Source of the DNA: Pristiophorus japonicus
Taxonomy: Eukaryota
Length of the DNA: 64,000 bases
Assembly: GCF_044704955.1 (NCBI RefSeq)
Contig: NC_091989.1
Coordinates: 85,374,001-85,438,000 of the forward strand
Direction: 5' to 3'
Position numbers and translations under genes: made by a program. Of the stretch, positions 1 to 11,619 are shown piece by piece. Under the pieces are notes generated by a model, which worked only from the letters and a program-made list of their open reading frames with translations, had not been told where the DNA came from and searched no databases. How positions within the stretch are numbered: the first letter of the stretch is position 1; each line of letters starts with the position of its first letter.

Positions 1-254
1 ATCTCTGCAAGGAATAGCCATTCACCTCTACAATATTATTTCCCAATCGACTACAATATGAAGAAATCGATACATTTTTAACATTCAGTATATCACATGC
101 AGTTTCCATCGGATTTTTAAATAGGTCAAATTCAACCAGCACTAGACAAGTTAGGATTCTGGGTCCATTTTAAAGATTAATTAATTCATTTCAAATGAGA
201 ATATTCTGTTTAAATATATTCTAATGATTCGATTTTCTTTTCCCGTAATTCTAG

Positions 255-405
255 TGTTAATGGGACATTACACGCCAGATCTCTGTCAAATTCACAATAC
301 GACTGCATCGGTAATAAAGATCGAGAATCATTCGCTCTTCTTGGAGAATGCATTCGGAACATTCCACGTAGAACCAGGGCCCAAATTTCAATGTCCCTCG
401 GATAA
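255..405 (+). CDS. Possible terminal cytoplasmic exon of an upstream immune-receptor gene (ITIM/ITAM-like tyrosine motif)
   Basis: Pyrimidine-rich acceptor ttttcttttcccgtaattctag ends at 254. Read in phase 2 it gives VNGTLHARSLSNSQYDCIGNKDRESFALLGECIRNIPRRTRAQISMSLG* (TAA 403-405). No upstream exons lie in the window, and another frame is also open. Confidence 0.3.
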
Positions 406-1689
406 TCGTCACAAACTTTATTTTTAACAGTTGCTGCATACTAACTGTTTGCTTGAAGCTTTTTGACACGTTTGATGCAAAATAACGCGCGACATTTCAA
501 AATCACACTGATGTAAAAGGAATGCCCGTTGACAAGCTCGTTGCTATTGTTTCACTTCAATATTGAAGACTGGAGATACTTTGACGAGAGGTTGCTGGCA
601 TTATAAATATTCTTGTACTTTTTCTTATGGTTTCGTGAGCAGTGCAATCTTATTTTATGACAGATTTAGGGCCTGTGACATGACCACAGTATATTTTGTC
701 GCAGCCAGAGAAATAGGTTCAAATTGCCAGTATTCCCAATAGAGATGAGTAGTGCACCACTGTATCCCGGTAAGGATCAACCACAGTTTACTTGAGCCGA
801 AGTTCGCTGAAAACAAAAAAGGTACGCCTGGAAGTTGTTCCTTTCTCTACCTCGTTTTTCCACAATTCGAACTAAAGCAATCTCTAGCATTCACTGAAGT
901 TTGCACTCTGATCGTTACACATTAGAAAACCTGGGGAAATTTGATTTCCAGTGCTAACTAGAGGAAACATAAAGAAAAATAGGGTTATATCAGTAATTTA
1001 GAGCAGAAAGCTTCATTGTTACAGTGATGACATATACCAATCTTGGTTACTAAATTATCCTTTGGTTTGCATGAAACTTTTTAAATGCATTACTCTAAAA
1101 GCAAAATACTGTGGTTTCTGGAAATGTTCGGTTTTCATTTTTAACTACATTCCCTGCTTTTGTCTAGGAGATCAATATAAGATGTTGCACCAGAGAAATA
1201 ATTGAAAGTGAAATCTATTGCATTAAAGAGTCTAGTCTCTTTTCTTCATTTAGTCCAACTTCAAGTACCATGTAATGTGGTCACCCTTTTTCTCCAGGGA
1301 ATCGTTCAGATAAAAATCAGATGTTTTTTTAATTTTGTTCTCTTGGAAAGGACAATTATACGGCGCAATTAACAAATGTGCCTCCTTATTACTGCTATTA
1401 AAACACGGAGTTGACATTCAACGGGGTTCTGTCAGTCACCCGTCGTACGTTTGTTGGGAGAGCAGTGGAAAACCAAAAAAGTGCAATAAAGGACAAACCG
1501 GAAAAAATAAGCATGCTCGGTTGCTGATCAAGCCCGGTTCAATGAGTGTAGAAGACAAGGCCATGAAACGCATCAGCTGTAATTGAAAATGATGTGGTAA
1601 GCTGGTGAAGTTTCAACGGAGAATTGCATGCAAGCAGAGTTATATTGACAGAGCTAATTGATCCCACAACCAACAATTCAGGTCTAAGA

Positions 1690-3520
1690 TCTGCAGTCCT
1701 GCCATATCCATTTGTGAATGGTGGTGGAAAGTTAAGCAGGAAGTTCCATTAATATCCCCATCCTCATCAATGACGGAGTCCAGCAGTTGAGTCCAAATGA
1801 CAAGTCTGAAAGATTCGCAACATTCCACAACCCGAAGTGTCAAGTGGATGATCTATCGCGACATCTTCCTGAAGTCACCACCTTCACACATTCCAGTCTT
1901 CAGTCAATTTTATTCACTCCACGTGATATCACGAAACTGCTCAGCGCATTGCATTAAGCAAGACTATCGGCCCTGAGAAAATCTAAGCTGTAGATGCTAT
2001 AGACAATGGCCTATAAATCTCTGCATCCCCGGGTAGGTACGGAGTGTCTACGGACCCAGGAAGGCATCAGAAAATCCAGCTTTCAGCACACAACGCGCAT
2101 GCACTGAAAACCGGCTTTGTGATTTGTCAAGTTTCTGGCGTGACGGATCTTAAACATATCGGGAGCGAGGACATTTGGAAGGGCACGATTGCAGGATTTA
2201 GGCATATATTGCCCAGAAAGTGTCATCAAAACTATTGTGCCTGAGAATAGCAGGCAGATAGCCTATATTTACAGGCATGAGTTTAAAACACTCAGAAATA
2301 TTGTGAAATAAAATTTTAAAAATACATATTATTGTTAAAATTCCATCCTACTACTGGAAGTTTATTTTAAGCCATATTTAAAAAAAACTTTTTTTTTTTA
2401 ATCGGAAAAATATATATTTTTTAATTACATAAATAACTTTAATTTAAATCATTAAAATATGTTGTGCATTTTATCTATCTTTTATTATTGCATATCCGTT
2501 TGTTGGGGGCTGTATCTCATTAATAATAAGGGGAACTTCAAATTAACGAGTTCCCATTATTATGAATGAATTTATACTATAGTGATTGGCTGCCCTGAAC
2601 CATTGGAACCAGCTCCAGGGCTGCGCACATCCCGATGTGCATGCGTTGTGACGCACAGTCAGGAGAGGCCACCGGTCCTGGATTTCGCGTGGGTGCAGCA
2701 CCAACTGGTAGGTGCGCATCCTTTTTTCCAGAAACCAGTCATATGCCCGCGGGAAGGAGAAACCGAGATTTCTGTTCCTTTAGCTTCAGAACCAGCTGCG
2801 CTACTACGCAACGTGTTCCACTATAGCTGCAACACTGATATTTACCAGACAATGTTGAAAATTCCCTATTTATCTCCTGTCCACAAAAAGCAGGACAAAT
2901 TCAATCCGGCCAATTAATATCCCATCAGCCAACTCTCGGCCTTCAGCAAAGTGATAGAATGAGTCGTCGAAATTTCTATAAAGCGGCACTGACTCCCAAC
3001 TAACCTACTCACGGATGCTGAGGTTGTGCTCATTCAAGAACATGCATCTCCAGACATCATTACAGCCTTGGTCCAAACATAGAAACAAAAGATTTGAATA
3101 CAAGAATGCACTTGGTATAACTTCAGAATTGTACCCAGTGTGACATCAAGGAGCCCTAGTAAAACTGAAATCGATCAGGATTAGAGTGAACATTCTCCAC
3201 GGTTGGAGTCATAACTACCACAACGGAAGATGTTTGAGTTTATTGGAAGCCAATCATCTTAACCCCAGGACATCACTGCAGGATTTTGTGAGGTCAATGT
3301 TCGAGGTCAAACCATCTTTTGCAGCTTCATCAATGACCTTCCCTCTATGATAGTATAAGAACTGGGATTGTTCGCTTATGATTGAAGAGTGTTCAGATAC
3401 ACTAGCAATTCTTCAGATAATGAAGCAGTCCTTCCCACATATAGCGAGACATAGACAACAACCAGGGATTCCTGGTACCTGACAATTAACATTCAAAGCA
3501 CAAAAGTGCCTTACAATGAT
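1690..3520 (+). mobile_element. Old degenerate LINE (CR1/L2-group) ORF2 fragment, interrupted twice
   Basis: RT-like translation near 2790-2917 (EPAALLRNVFHYSCNTDIYQTMLKIPYLSPVHKKQDKFNPAN) matches the PVHKK...NYRPISL region. It is split by a repeat at about 2015-2778 and by the CR1 at 3521-12833, and resumes at 12834 (caatgatcatctgtaacaaag). Confidence 0.7.
2015..2778 (+). repeat. Unclassified non-coding interspersed repeat, copy 1, with AT-rich core and internal palindrome
   Basis: Imperfect hairpin at 2518-2568 (cattaataataaggggaact...agttcccattattatgaatg). Similar sequence occurs at 33641-34078/36521-36745 and at 47585-48328. Confidence 0.5.
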
Positions 3521-5632
3521 AGAAACATCGAAACAAAAAATGTTACAACGCAGAAGGAGGACATTTCTGCACATCGTTCCTGCGTGGGCTGACAAAGAGT
3601 CGCATGTCCCTCACTCAGCAGCCCTGAAGTTTACTTATAAACCCATGAACAACGAACAATGGCAGAAAGGTAAATCACACCCAGCACAACCAGTCCACTC
3701 CACACACCTGCGACCCCCTTTAAACTGAAACATTCTACACAGCACGCCAACAGCAACCATGGTAACCCATGGGAGGGCCAGAAACCGGATTAAAACTCAG
3801 GCCAATTTATGGGAATAAAATCTGGTAAAATTCCTCTGCGACCCTTCCAGGCAATCGAATCTAGGCCAGGAGCAAACCCTGGCAGTATTCAATTCCCTGC
3901 AGTACTTACCATTATATCTGCTCCGGCCAACAAAAGGTTATCCAATCTAATCGCAATTTCCAGCTCTCGGTCCATAACCCTGCAGGTTACTGCACTTTAA
4001 GTGACCATCCAACCATCTCTTAAAAGTGCTGAATGCTTCTGCACCCACCACTCTTCCAGGCAGCGAGTCCCAGATCCCACAACACTCTGCATAAAAAAGC
4101 TCCCCTTCAAATCCCCTCCAAGCCTTCCACCAACAACGTTGAACCTATGCCCCGTCATAATAGACCCCTCCACCAATGGAAATGTGCCCTTACTATCCAC
4201 TATGTCCAGAACCCTCAATATTGTGTACACTTCAATGAAGTCTCCTCTCAACCTCCTCTGTACCAATGAGAAAAAAAAAACAGCCTATCTAAGCTGCACT
4301 GATAACTAAGATGCTCGATTCCAAGCAGCATCCTTGTAAATCTTCTCTGCGCTCTCTCGAACGCAATCAACTTCTTCCTATAATACGGCGACCAGAGCTG
4401 CATGCAGGACTCCAGCTGTGGCCTAACCAATAATACAATTGAAGCATAACCTCCATACCTTTATGTTCTATGCCTAGGCCAATAAAGGCAATCATTCCGT
4501 GTTCCTTCTCAAATAACTTATAACCCTGGCCTGCTACTTTCAGGGAATCTGTGGACCAATGGTGGAGTTTTAGAGGCGTGGCCTATTCAGTTGGAGCCTC
4601 GTGCAGTGAGAGAAGGAGCTTGCTGTTGTTGCTCCTGCCTGGAAGGCATTGAGTGAGACCTGAGACCAGCCCAGGAAGAGGAGGAGGGGGCTGGCTTACT
4701 ACAATTCAACGTTCAGAGGGAGAGGAGGAGAGCAGAAAATGTATTCACTTATTACTACTACAGAGAGTTGGAGAGAGGGGGAAAATGTATTCACTTATTA
4801 CTACTACAGAGAGTTGGAGAGAGGGTGAAACAGCCCAGAAAGAGGAGGAAGGGGCTTTCTACAATTCCAATTCATCCAGAGGGAGAGGAGGAGAGCGGAA
4901 AATTCAACAACTTTAATACTGCTGCAGAGAGTTGGAGAGAGGGGGAAAAAAGAACAACTATCCATTGTGGTAGGATGGAGAAACTTCATCAACCAAAGGT
5001 GGGTATGTTTTGGTGCATTCCCCTAACGACTTTGTTGTATCGGTGGGGGGATGAAAGAGGACTTGCTAGAGGGCCAGAATATCGCGGGGGGCGGGGTGTG
5101 TGTGTGTGTGGAAGTGTGTGTGGGGGTGTTGCTTACCACACACCACTGAAGCACCCCTCCCCCATTGCCTAGCCTGGGATAGCTGCAGCTGCCTGGCTGA
5201 AGAACTATTAATCATCGTTGGGAGTGTGTGCCTGGGTGCCTCCAGCTGTCCCAGGTGAAGACATCTTCACCCCCCACCCGAAGGCCATCTACAAAGACTG
5301 TGTTTTTTTGCCATCAACTGGGGAGTGCACCCAAGAAAAACAACCACCCATCGCTGTGAGGGGAGACCTGCCCTCACAGCTTCCCTCTTTCCCACCCCCC
5401 ATCGCTTTCTCTCTCTCTCTGGCTCTCCCCTCTCTCTCTGAGAGCCCTTTCCTCCAAATTGTAAAAACAATTAAGACAACTGAGCAGAGGGAGCAAGGCC
5501 CCTCCCCAATTGTCAACTAGGGGAGAGGTGTGCCTCTTTTAGAGTTCCCTCTGTTCAAATACCAACGAGGCCATTTAAGACCATTAAGGCCTGTGACTTT
5601 GGGGTGGGTGTGGCCCTTAAAGGGACCCCGTG

Positions 5633-7733
5633 ATGGCGACCCCATCCACGCCGGTGGCAGGGCCAGCAAAGACATATGTGCAGGCAGTGTCCACATCTAC
5701 GGCGCCTCCTGCGCCTCCTGCTGCCCTGCCACCGTTCAGACTAATAACAAAGAAACACGGGGTCAAGAGTTACACTCACCCCACAATGAGCATTGAGGAG
5801 TGCGTGCGGGCGATGGCTGGTGTAGTCGGCCCCTCGGCCATTGTCGCAGCCTCCAAGATGTCTGGGAAGGCTGTATTCTTCCTGGGGTCGGAGCGGGCGG
5901 TGTCCCTGGCCCTTGAAAAGGGGTTCACAGTGGGTGAGACTTTCCTGCCAGTGGACCCTCTCGAGGTCACCGCGCAGAGGGTCATCCTTTCTAACGTCCC
6001 GCCCTTTTGTTCCCGCTGGGCTCCTCCTCCCTCACCTACACCAAATGGGAGAGGTAAGGCCAGGGATCAACCCCATACCACTCGGCCTCAGGGAGAGCAG
6101 CCTGCGCCACATGTTCTCGTTCCACCACCAGCTCTTTGTCCAGCTGGCGCGGGAGACGACGGAGGGATCATTTAATGTGGTGCACGAGGGGACTACCTAC
6201 CATGTCTTCTGGACATCGGACGGCGTGCGGTGCCATGCCTGTCGGGAGGTGGGGCTTGTTTGTAAGAACTGCCCCGCCTCCAAGGCCGCCAAACCACCGA
6301 GGGTGGCAAAGGCTGGCGCTGCCGCCACCCCTCCCCCTAGTAGCGTCCGCGTGCCGGGAGCTGTGGATGCGCGGGCATCGTCGGGGGCCTTTGTTTTCAT
6401 GGCCTCCGGCGGGGGAGAGGGAGAGCGTCCGATTGGAAGGAAGGTGCGGAGGAAGGCAAAACATCTCGAGGCGGGTCCCCTCAGTGCGCCAGACAATTTG
6501 ATCACCGCGCTCAGCCCAACCCTGTCACCTGCGAGCGCGGGGTGCCCTGAGCCCCTGCCCGAGCCCTTGACCAATATCACAGAGGGGCTCGGGCGCGGGC
6601 AAGATAAGAAAAAGGGGGGAGTGGAGTGGGAGGCCTCGGCAGACATGGAGGTCTCCCTGCCTCCGTGCCTCCCCAGGAATAAAAGGAGTCGCCGCTCCAA
6701 TAAGGCGGAAGGGGAACAACATCCCTCTGCGGAGGAGTCGGTGCCCGCCGCGTGTCCCGCGTCTCCCACCAGCGCCCCCAAACTGCACTGTAGGTGAGAG
6801 GAGTCTGCCCCCGGGGAGGGTGAGACTGTAGAGGCTGCCCAGCCTCTGCCTCCCGGGGATGGCGCGGAAGATCTGCCTGGCATGGGGGGCGTGGGGCCAG
6901 CGGAGGAATGCGTAGCCGCCGGGTCGAGCGTCCCGGGGACTGAGGCGGGCGGGGCCGAAAAGGCCGAACCTGAGCCCGCCCAGCTATTAACCAACTTCCC
7001 CCGGGAGTCACTCAACCCAGAAGAAACAAAATATTTCAACAATTTTAATGATTCTGTACACGCTGGGCCGTGGGGTGGCGGCGGGGAGGGGGAGAACAAC
7101 AACCCTCGTCCCCGACATTGGGGCTGGGGTACTTGGAGGACCTGGAACATTTCTTTGACCAGGTCTCTCCACGTTCCCCGGCTCCTGGGGCGAAGGAGGA
7201 ACCCCTTCCGCTGTCGCTTCCTGACCCAGTACCGCTTTTAAAAGAGTTCAGTGGGGACTCCTCTGCCGACGATCCTGGTGGTGGGATCGGGGCAGAGCCA
7301 GGGTCGGATGGAGCGGTCGGGCCGTTTGCCATACCTCGTGCGGTCAACGGGCCGGCTGCTGGCGGCGACCTCGCGGAGGGGGACGGGGACTCGGTGGGGG
7401 ACTCGGGAGAAGATCTCGAGACAATCGCCAGTGAGGCGGTGGATCTCCTCGTGCCCACCGCTTGAATCCCGCCTCATTCCTGCAAAGGAACTCCGGGACT
7501 TTTTGGTCCAGAGCCAGGGTCGCCGCAACCGAGCCCATCTGGCCCTGGAAAGATGGTCCGAGCCGGGGCTGCTCGTCGCGTCCATCCGCGCCGCCGCTAA
7601 AACCATGGCCGCGGGCGGGCCCTTATCAAAGGCGCAAGGCCTTGAGCTGCGCCGGCTCAAAAGGTTCCTCGCAGGGCTGCTGAAGGAGTGGAGGTCAACA
7701 AACGACTCCACTACCCCACCCACAATAGGTTAG
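5633..7733 (+). pseudogene. Tx1 ORF1 (gag-like, zinc knuckle), disrupted
   Basis: KHGVK...VGPSAIVAASKMSGKAVFF...LSNVPPF...PLGLRE..LRH.FSF resembles Xenopus Tx1 ORF1. The knuckle reads CHACREVGLVCKNC (His changed to Leu). Frameshifts at about 6008, 7070 and 7463; stop at 6795-6797. Confidence 0.9.
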
Positions 7734-7758
7734 GTAGAGGTTGCACTCTGCTTTTGTC

Positions 7759-10700
7759 ATGAAGATAACCATAGCAAGCCTCAACATCAACGGCGGCCGA
7801 GAGGCACACCGTAGATTTAACTATTTTTCGCTCCTGCGGGAGGGGAAATATGCAGAATGCGTCCTGCAAGAAACCCACACCGTTCTGGGAGACGAAGCCA
7901 CGTGGATCCTGGAATGGCAAGGAGAGGTCCGCATGAGCCACATCACTACCACTTCTTGTGGGGTGGCCATCTTGTTGGCCCCGCATTATCAGCCGGAGAT
8001 CTTGGGGGTCGAGGAGCCCGTGCCAGGCCGCTTGCTGCATGTCACGGTTCGCCTGGGGGATGTGCCGCTCCATCTCGTGAACGTGTACGCCCCTCAGCCC
8101 GGCCCGCAGCAAACGCGCTTCTTCGAAGAGGTGTCCGCTCTTCTTGGCTCCGTCGACGTCGGCGACTGCATTGTCCTCGGGGGGGATTTTAACTGATCTC
8201 TCGAGGGACCGCTCCAATGCCCCGCACGCCATGATGGCGATGGAGAAGTTGAGTGACATGGTCGGGTCCTTCGACTTGCTGGACGTCTGGCGAAATCTCC
8301 ATCCCGACTCCAGCGCCTTTACTTTGGTGAGGCCTGGAGTAGGATGGTCCAGAGTCAAACCGGCTTTACGTGTCTCGGGCGTACGTTTCCTGTGTCCCGG
8401 CGGCCTTCATGCGGCCGGTGCCGTGTTCGGACCACCACCTGGTGTTGGCAGAGCTCGCTTTGCTCCGCGTGAGGACGGGATCTGCGTACTGGCATTTTAA
8501 CAACCAGCTGCTGGAGGACGTGCAGTTCCAGGACTCGTTCCATCGATTCTGGTCCGACTGGAGAAGGAAGCAGGGGGGCTTCCCCTCCTTGAGACTATGG
8601 TGGGACGTGGGCACGGCTCACGTCCGTGTCTTCTGTCAAGAGTACGCGAGGGGGTCGACCAAGAGGCGGGCGGCCAGGATCGGTCATCTAGAAAAGGAGG
8701 TGCTCGACCTGGAGTCCCATCTCGGTCAAGTCGTCGAGGACCCGGCGCTGCAGATGGTGTACGACGTGAAGAAGGCCGTGCTGAAGGACCTGCAGCTCTT
8801 CGGTTCCGTAGTCATGTTCGTGAGGTCGCGGATCCGTTTACTGCAGGATCTGGACCACGGCTCCCACTTCTTCTACTCGCTGGAAAAAAGACAGAGTGTC
8901 CGTAAGCAGCTTTTGACGCTGCTGGCCGACGATGGCTCTCTCGTCTCGGATCCCGAGGGCGTCAACAACAGGGCCCGTGAATATTACAGGGCTCTGTTCT
9001 CTCCGGAGCCATCCAGCAAAGAAACGCGTAGAGTTTTGTGGGAGGACCTGCCGAAGGTCAGCCCGGAGGGCGCCGAAATTCTGGAAGCTCCGCTAAGCCT
9101 GGCGGAGCTGATCGGCGCCCTCGGCCGGCTCTCGAGGGGAAAAGCCCCAGGGCTGGACGGGCTGACGGTGGAGTTCCACAGGGCGTTCTGGGACGTCCTT
9201 GGGGGTGACTACGCACGGGTTCTGGGGGAATGTCTGGCGACAGGGGAGATGCCCCTGTCTTGGCGCAGGGCAGTCATCGTCCTGCTGCCTAAGAAGGGCG
9301 ATCTCCGCCTCCTTAAGAACTCCCGCCCGGTCTCCCTCCTCAGCACGGACTACAAAATCTTCGCCAGGGCGATGTCTGCTCGCCTTGGCGCCATGCTGGA
9401 CCACATGGTCCACCCCGACCAGTCCTACACGATCCCGGGCCGGACAATCCACGATAACATCCATCTGGTCCGTGACCTCATCCATCATTCCCAGGAGGTT
9501 GGTCTGTCGGTCGCCTTCCTATCTTTCGACCAAGAGAAGGCATTCGACAGGGTGGATCACGACTATTGAACTCTGCGCGCTTTCGGGTTCGGGACGCATT
9601 TCGTCGCCCAGATCCGACTTTTGTATGCCGCCGCGGAGTGTCTGATAAAGGTTAACGGGTCCTTGACGGCGCCCCTTCGCTTTGGGAGAGGGGTGCGCCA
9701 GGGATGCCCCATGTCCGGCCAGTTATATGCCATCTGCGTGGAGCCTTTCCTGCGGACGAGGTTGACGGGACTGGCTTTGTAAGGGCCGGGCATGGAGGTC
9801 GTCCTCTCCACTTACGCCGATGACGTGTTCCTCGCTGTGGAGGATCCCGCTGACCTGTGGAGGATGCGTGAGTGCCAGGAGATTTACTCGGCCGCATCCT
9901 CCGCCAGGATCAACTGGGAGAAATGTTCCAGACTCCTGGTGGGTCAGTGGCGGGTGGACTCCCTGCCGGAGGAGCTCAGGCCTTTTGGCTGGAGCACGAC
10001 CCATCTCCTTTATCTGGGAGTCTACCTTAGCCCCGACGAGGAAGCCTGGCCGGCGAACTGGCAAGAGCTGGAGGCCAAGGTCGCCGCTCGCCTAGGGCGC
10101 TGGACAGGACTGCTCCGAGTGCTGTCCTACAGGGGTCGAGCGTTAGTCATAAACCAGCTGGTGGCCGCCATGTTGTGACCACTCCCCCTGCGTTTGTCAC
10201 CAAGATACAGAAGAAGCTGGTGGATTTCTTCTGGAACAACTGGAAGCACTGGGTCTCAGCCGCGGTCTTGAGTCTCCCGCTTGGGGAGGGCGGTCAGTCA
10301 TTGGTGTGCGTCAGCACCCAGCTCGCGACTTTCCGTCTTCAGACCCTGCAGAGATACCTTTACGTCGAGCCCCCTCCTAGGCGGCGTGCTCTGGCGACGT
10401 ATTTCTTCCGCCAGCAGCACGGCCTCAACTACGACACGCAGCTCCTATTTGTGAGCTTGGGGGGCGTCAGGACCGCTATCCAGGAGCTGCCTGTCTTTCA
10501 CAAGGAACTCACCAGAGTCTGCAACAAAGTCTCCACCAAGCGCAGCGCTCCACCGGCTGGAGTGACGGCTGTCATGCAGGAGCCGCTGCTCGGGAATCCA
10601 TACCTCCACGACCGAGGTTTTAGGTGGCGGTCGGACAAGAGGGCTGTGGCTGGTGAGGTGACCAGGGTCAGGGACCTGCTCGATGGCGGAGGAGCAGGCT

Positions 10701-11619
10701 GGATGGCGCCAGACACGCTGACGTGGCGCCTAAATTCCGCCAACGTCCGCCGCGCGGCCGATGCCATCGAGTCGCTAAAGACAGCTCTGGGCCCCGACTC
10801 CGTTAGGTGTGTCGAGGAGGCTCAAGCATGTGGGGAGATCCAGTCCGAACTGACTCCCGTCCGGACGGAATTCCTCATCGGCGCCAAACCCCGGAACCTC
10901 CCTCAGGAGCCGGCGCCTCACAACTTGAGCCGCCTCGAGGAAATCCCCTTCGTGCCTTTCAGTTCCGCGCGGAGGGGTTTCCTGTACCGGCTGCTCCTGC
11001 ACACTCTCAACTTTGCCAACCTCACCTGCCGTCCGGACACGCCATGGCATACCATCTTGCCGTCCAGAGGAGAAGGGGGCTCCGATGGAGGGCACTCTAC
11101 GCGGGAGTCCTCCCAGTATTTATAGTGGACTTGGCCTGGAGGGTGGTGCACGGAGCAGTGCCATGCAATAAATTTTTACGCCAGATCACGGGCTCCCATG
11201 CCGCCTGCAATTTCTGTGGTCTGGAAGAGTCCGTGTTCCATGTTTTTATTGAATGCACGAGGTTGTAGCCCCTGTTTTATTATTTAAAGGGGCTTCTCCT
11301 GAAATTCTGGCTGCACTTCATTCCCACACACCTGATCTTTGGGCACCCTGTGCGGAGGGGAGCGGGTAGGTCCGAGGGCCTCCTCGTAGGACTGCTCCTG
11401 GGCACAGCCAAGGGTGCCATCAACCGGCCCAGGCAGCGGGCGGTCAAGGGTGTTGTTCAACCTGACTGCCTGCCTCTCTTCCGCGCGTACATCTGCACCA
11501 GGGTGTTCCTGGAGATGGAGCACGCGGTGTCCACCGGTATGCTCGCGGCCTTCCGCGAGAGGTGGGCACCAGAGGGACTGGAGTGCATCATCATGCCCGG
11601 CAACCAAATTTTAATTTAA
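7759..11619 (+). pseudogene. Tx1 ORF2 (APE endonuclease, reverse transcriptase, C-terminal CCHC), disrupted
   Basis: Endonuclease motifs: SLNING, LQETH, GVAILL, NVYAP, GGDFN, SDHH. RT motifs: GKAPGLDG, PKKGD, DQEKAFDRV, YADDV, YLGV. C-terminal CNFCGLEESVFHVFIEC. Several frameshifts, small deletions and stops. Confidence 0.93.

Noticed and set aside
782-821. CACAGTT-24nt-ACAAAAAAG, a 23-RSS-like motif
   Set aside because: Heptamer, spacer and nonamer are all imperfect and no V, D or J coding segment is adjacent. Compatible with chance.
6197-7150. Long antisense and alternate-frame ORFs inside Tx1 (also 21683-22528 and 23143-23895)
   Set aside because: These are expected by-products of GC-rich coding sequence and contain no recognisable domains.
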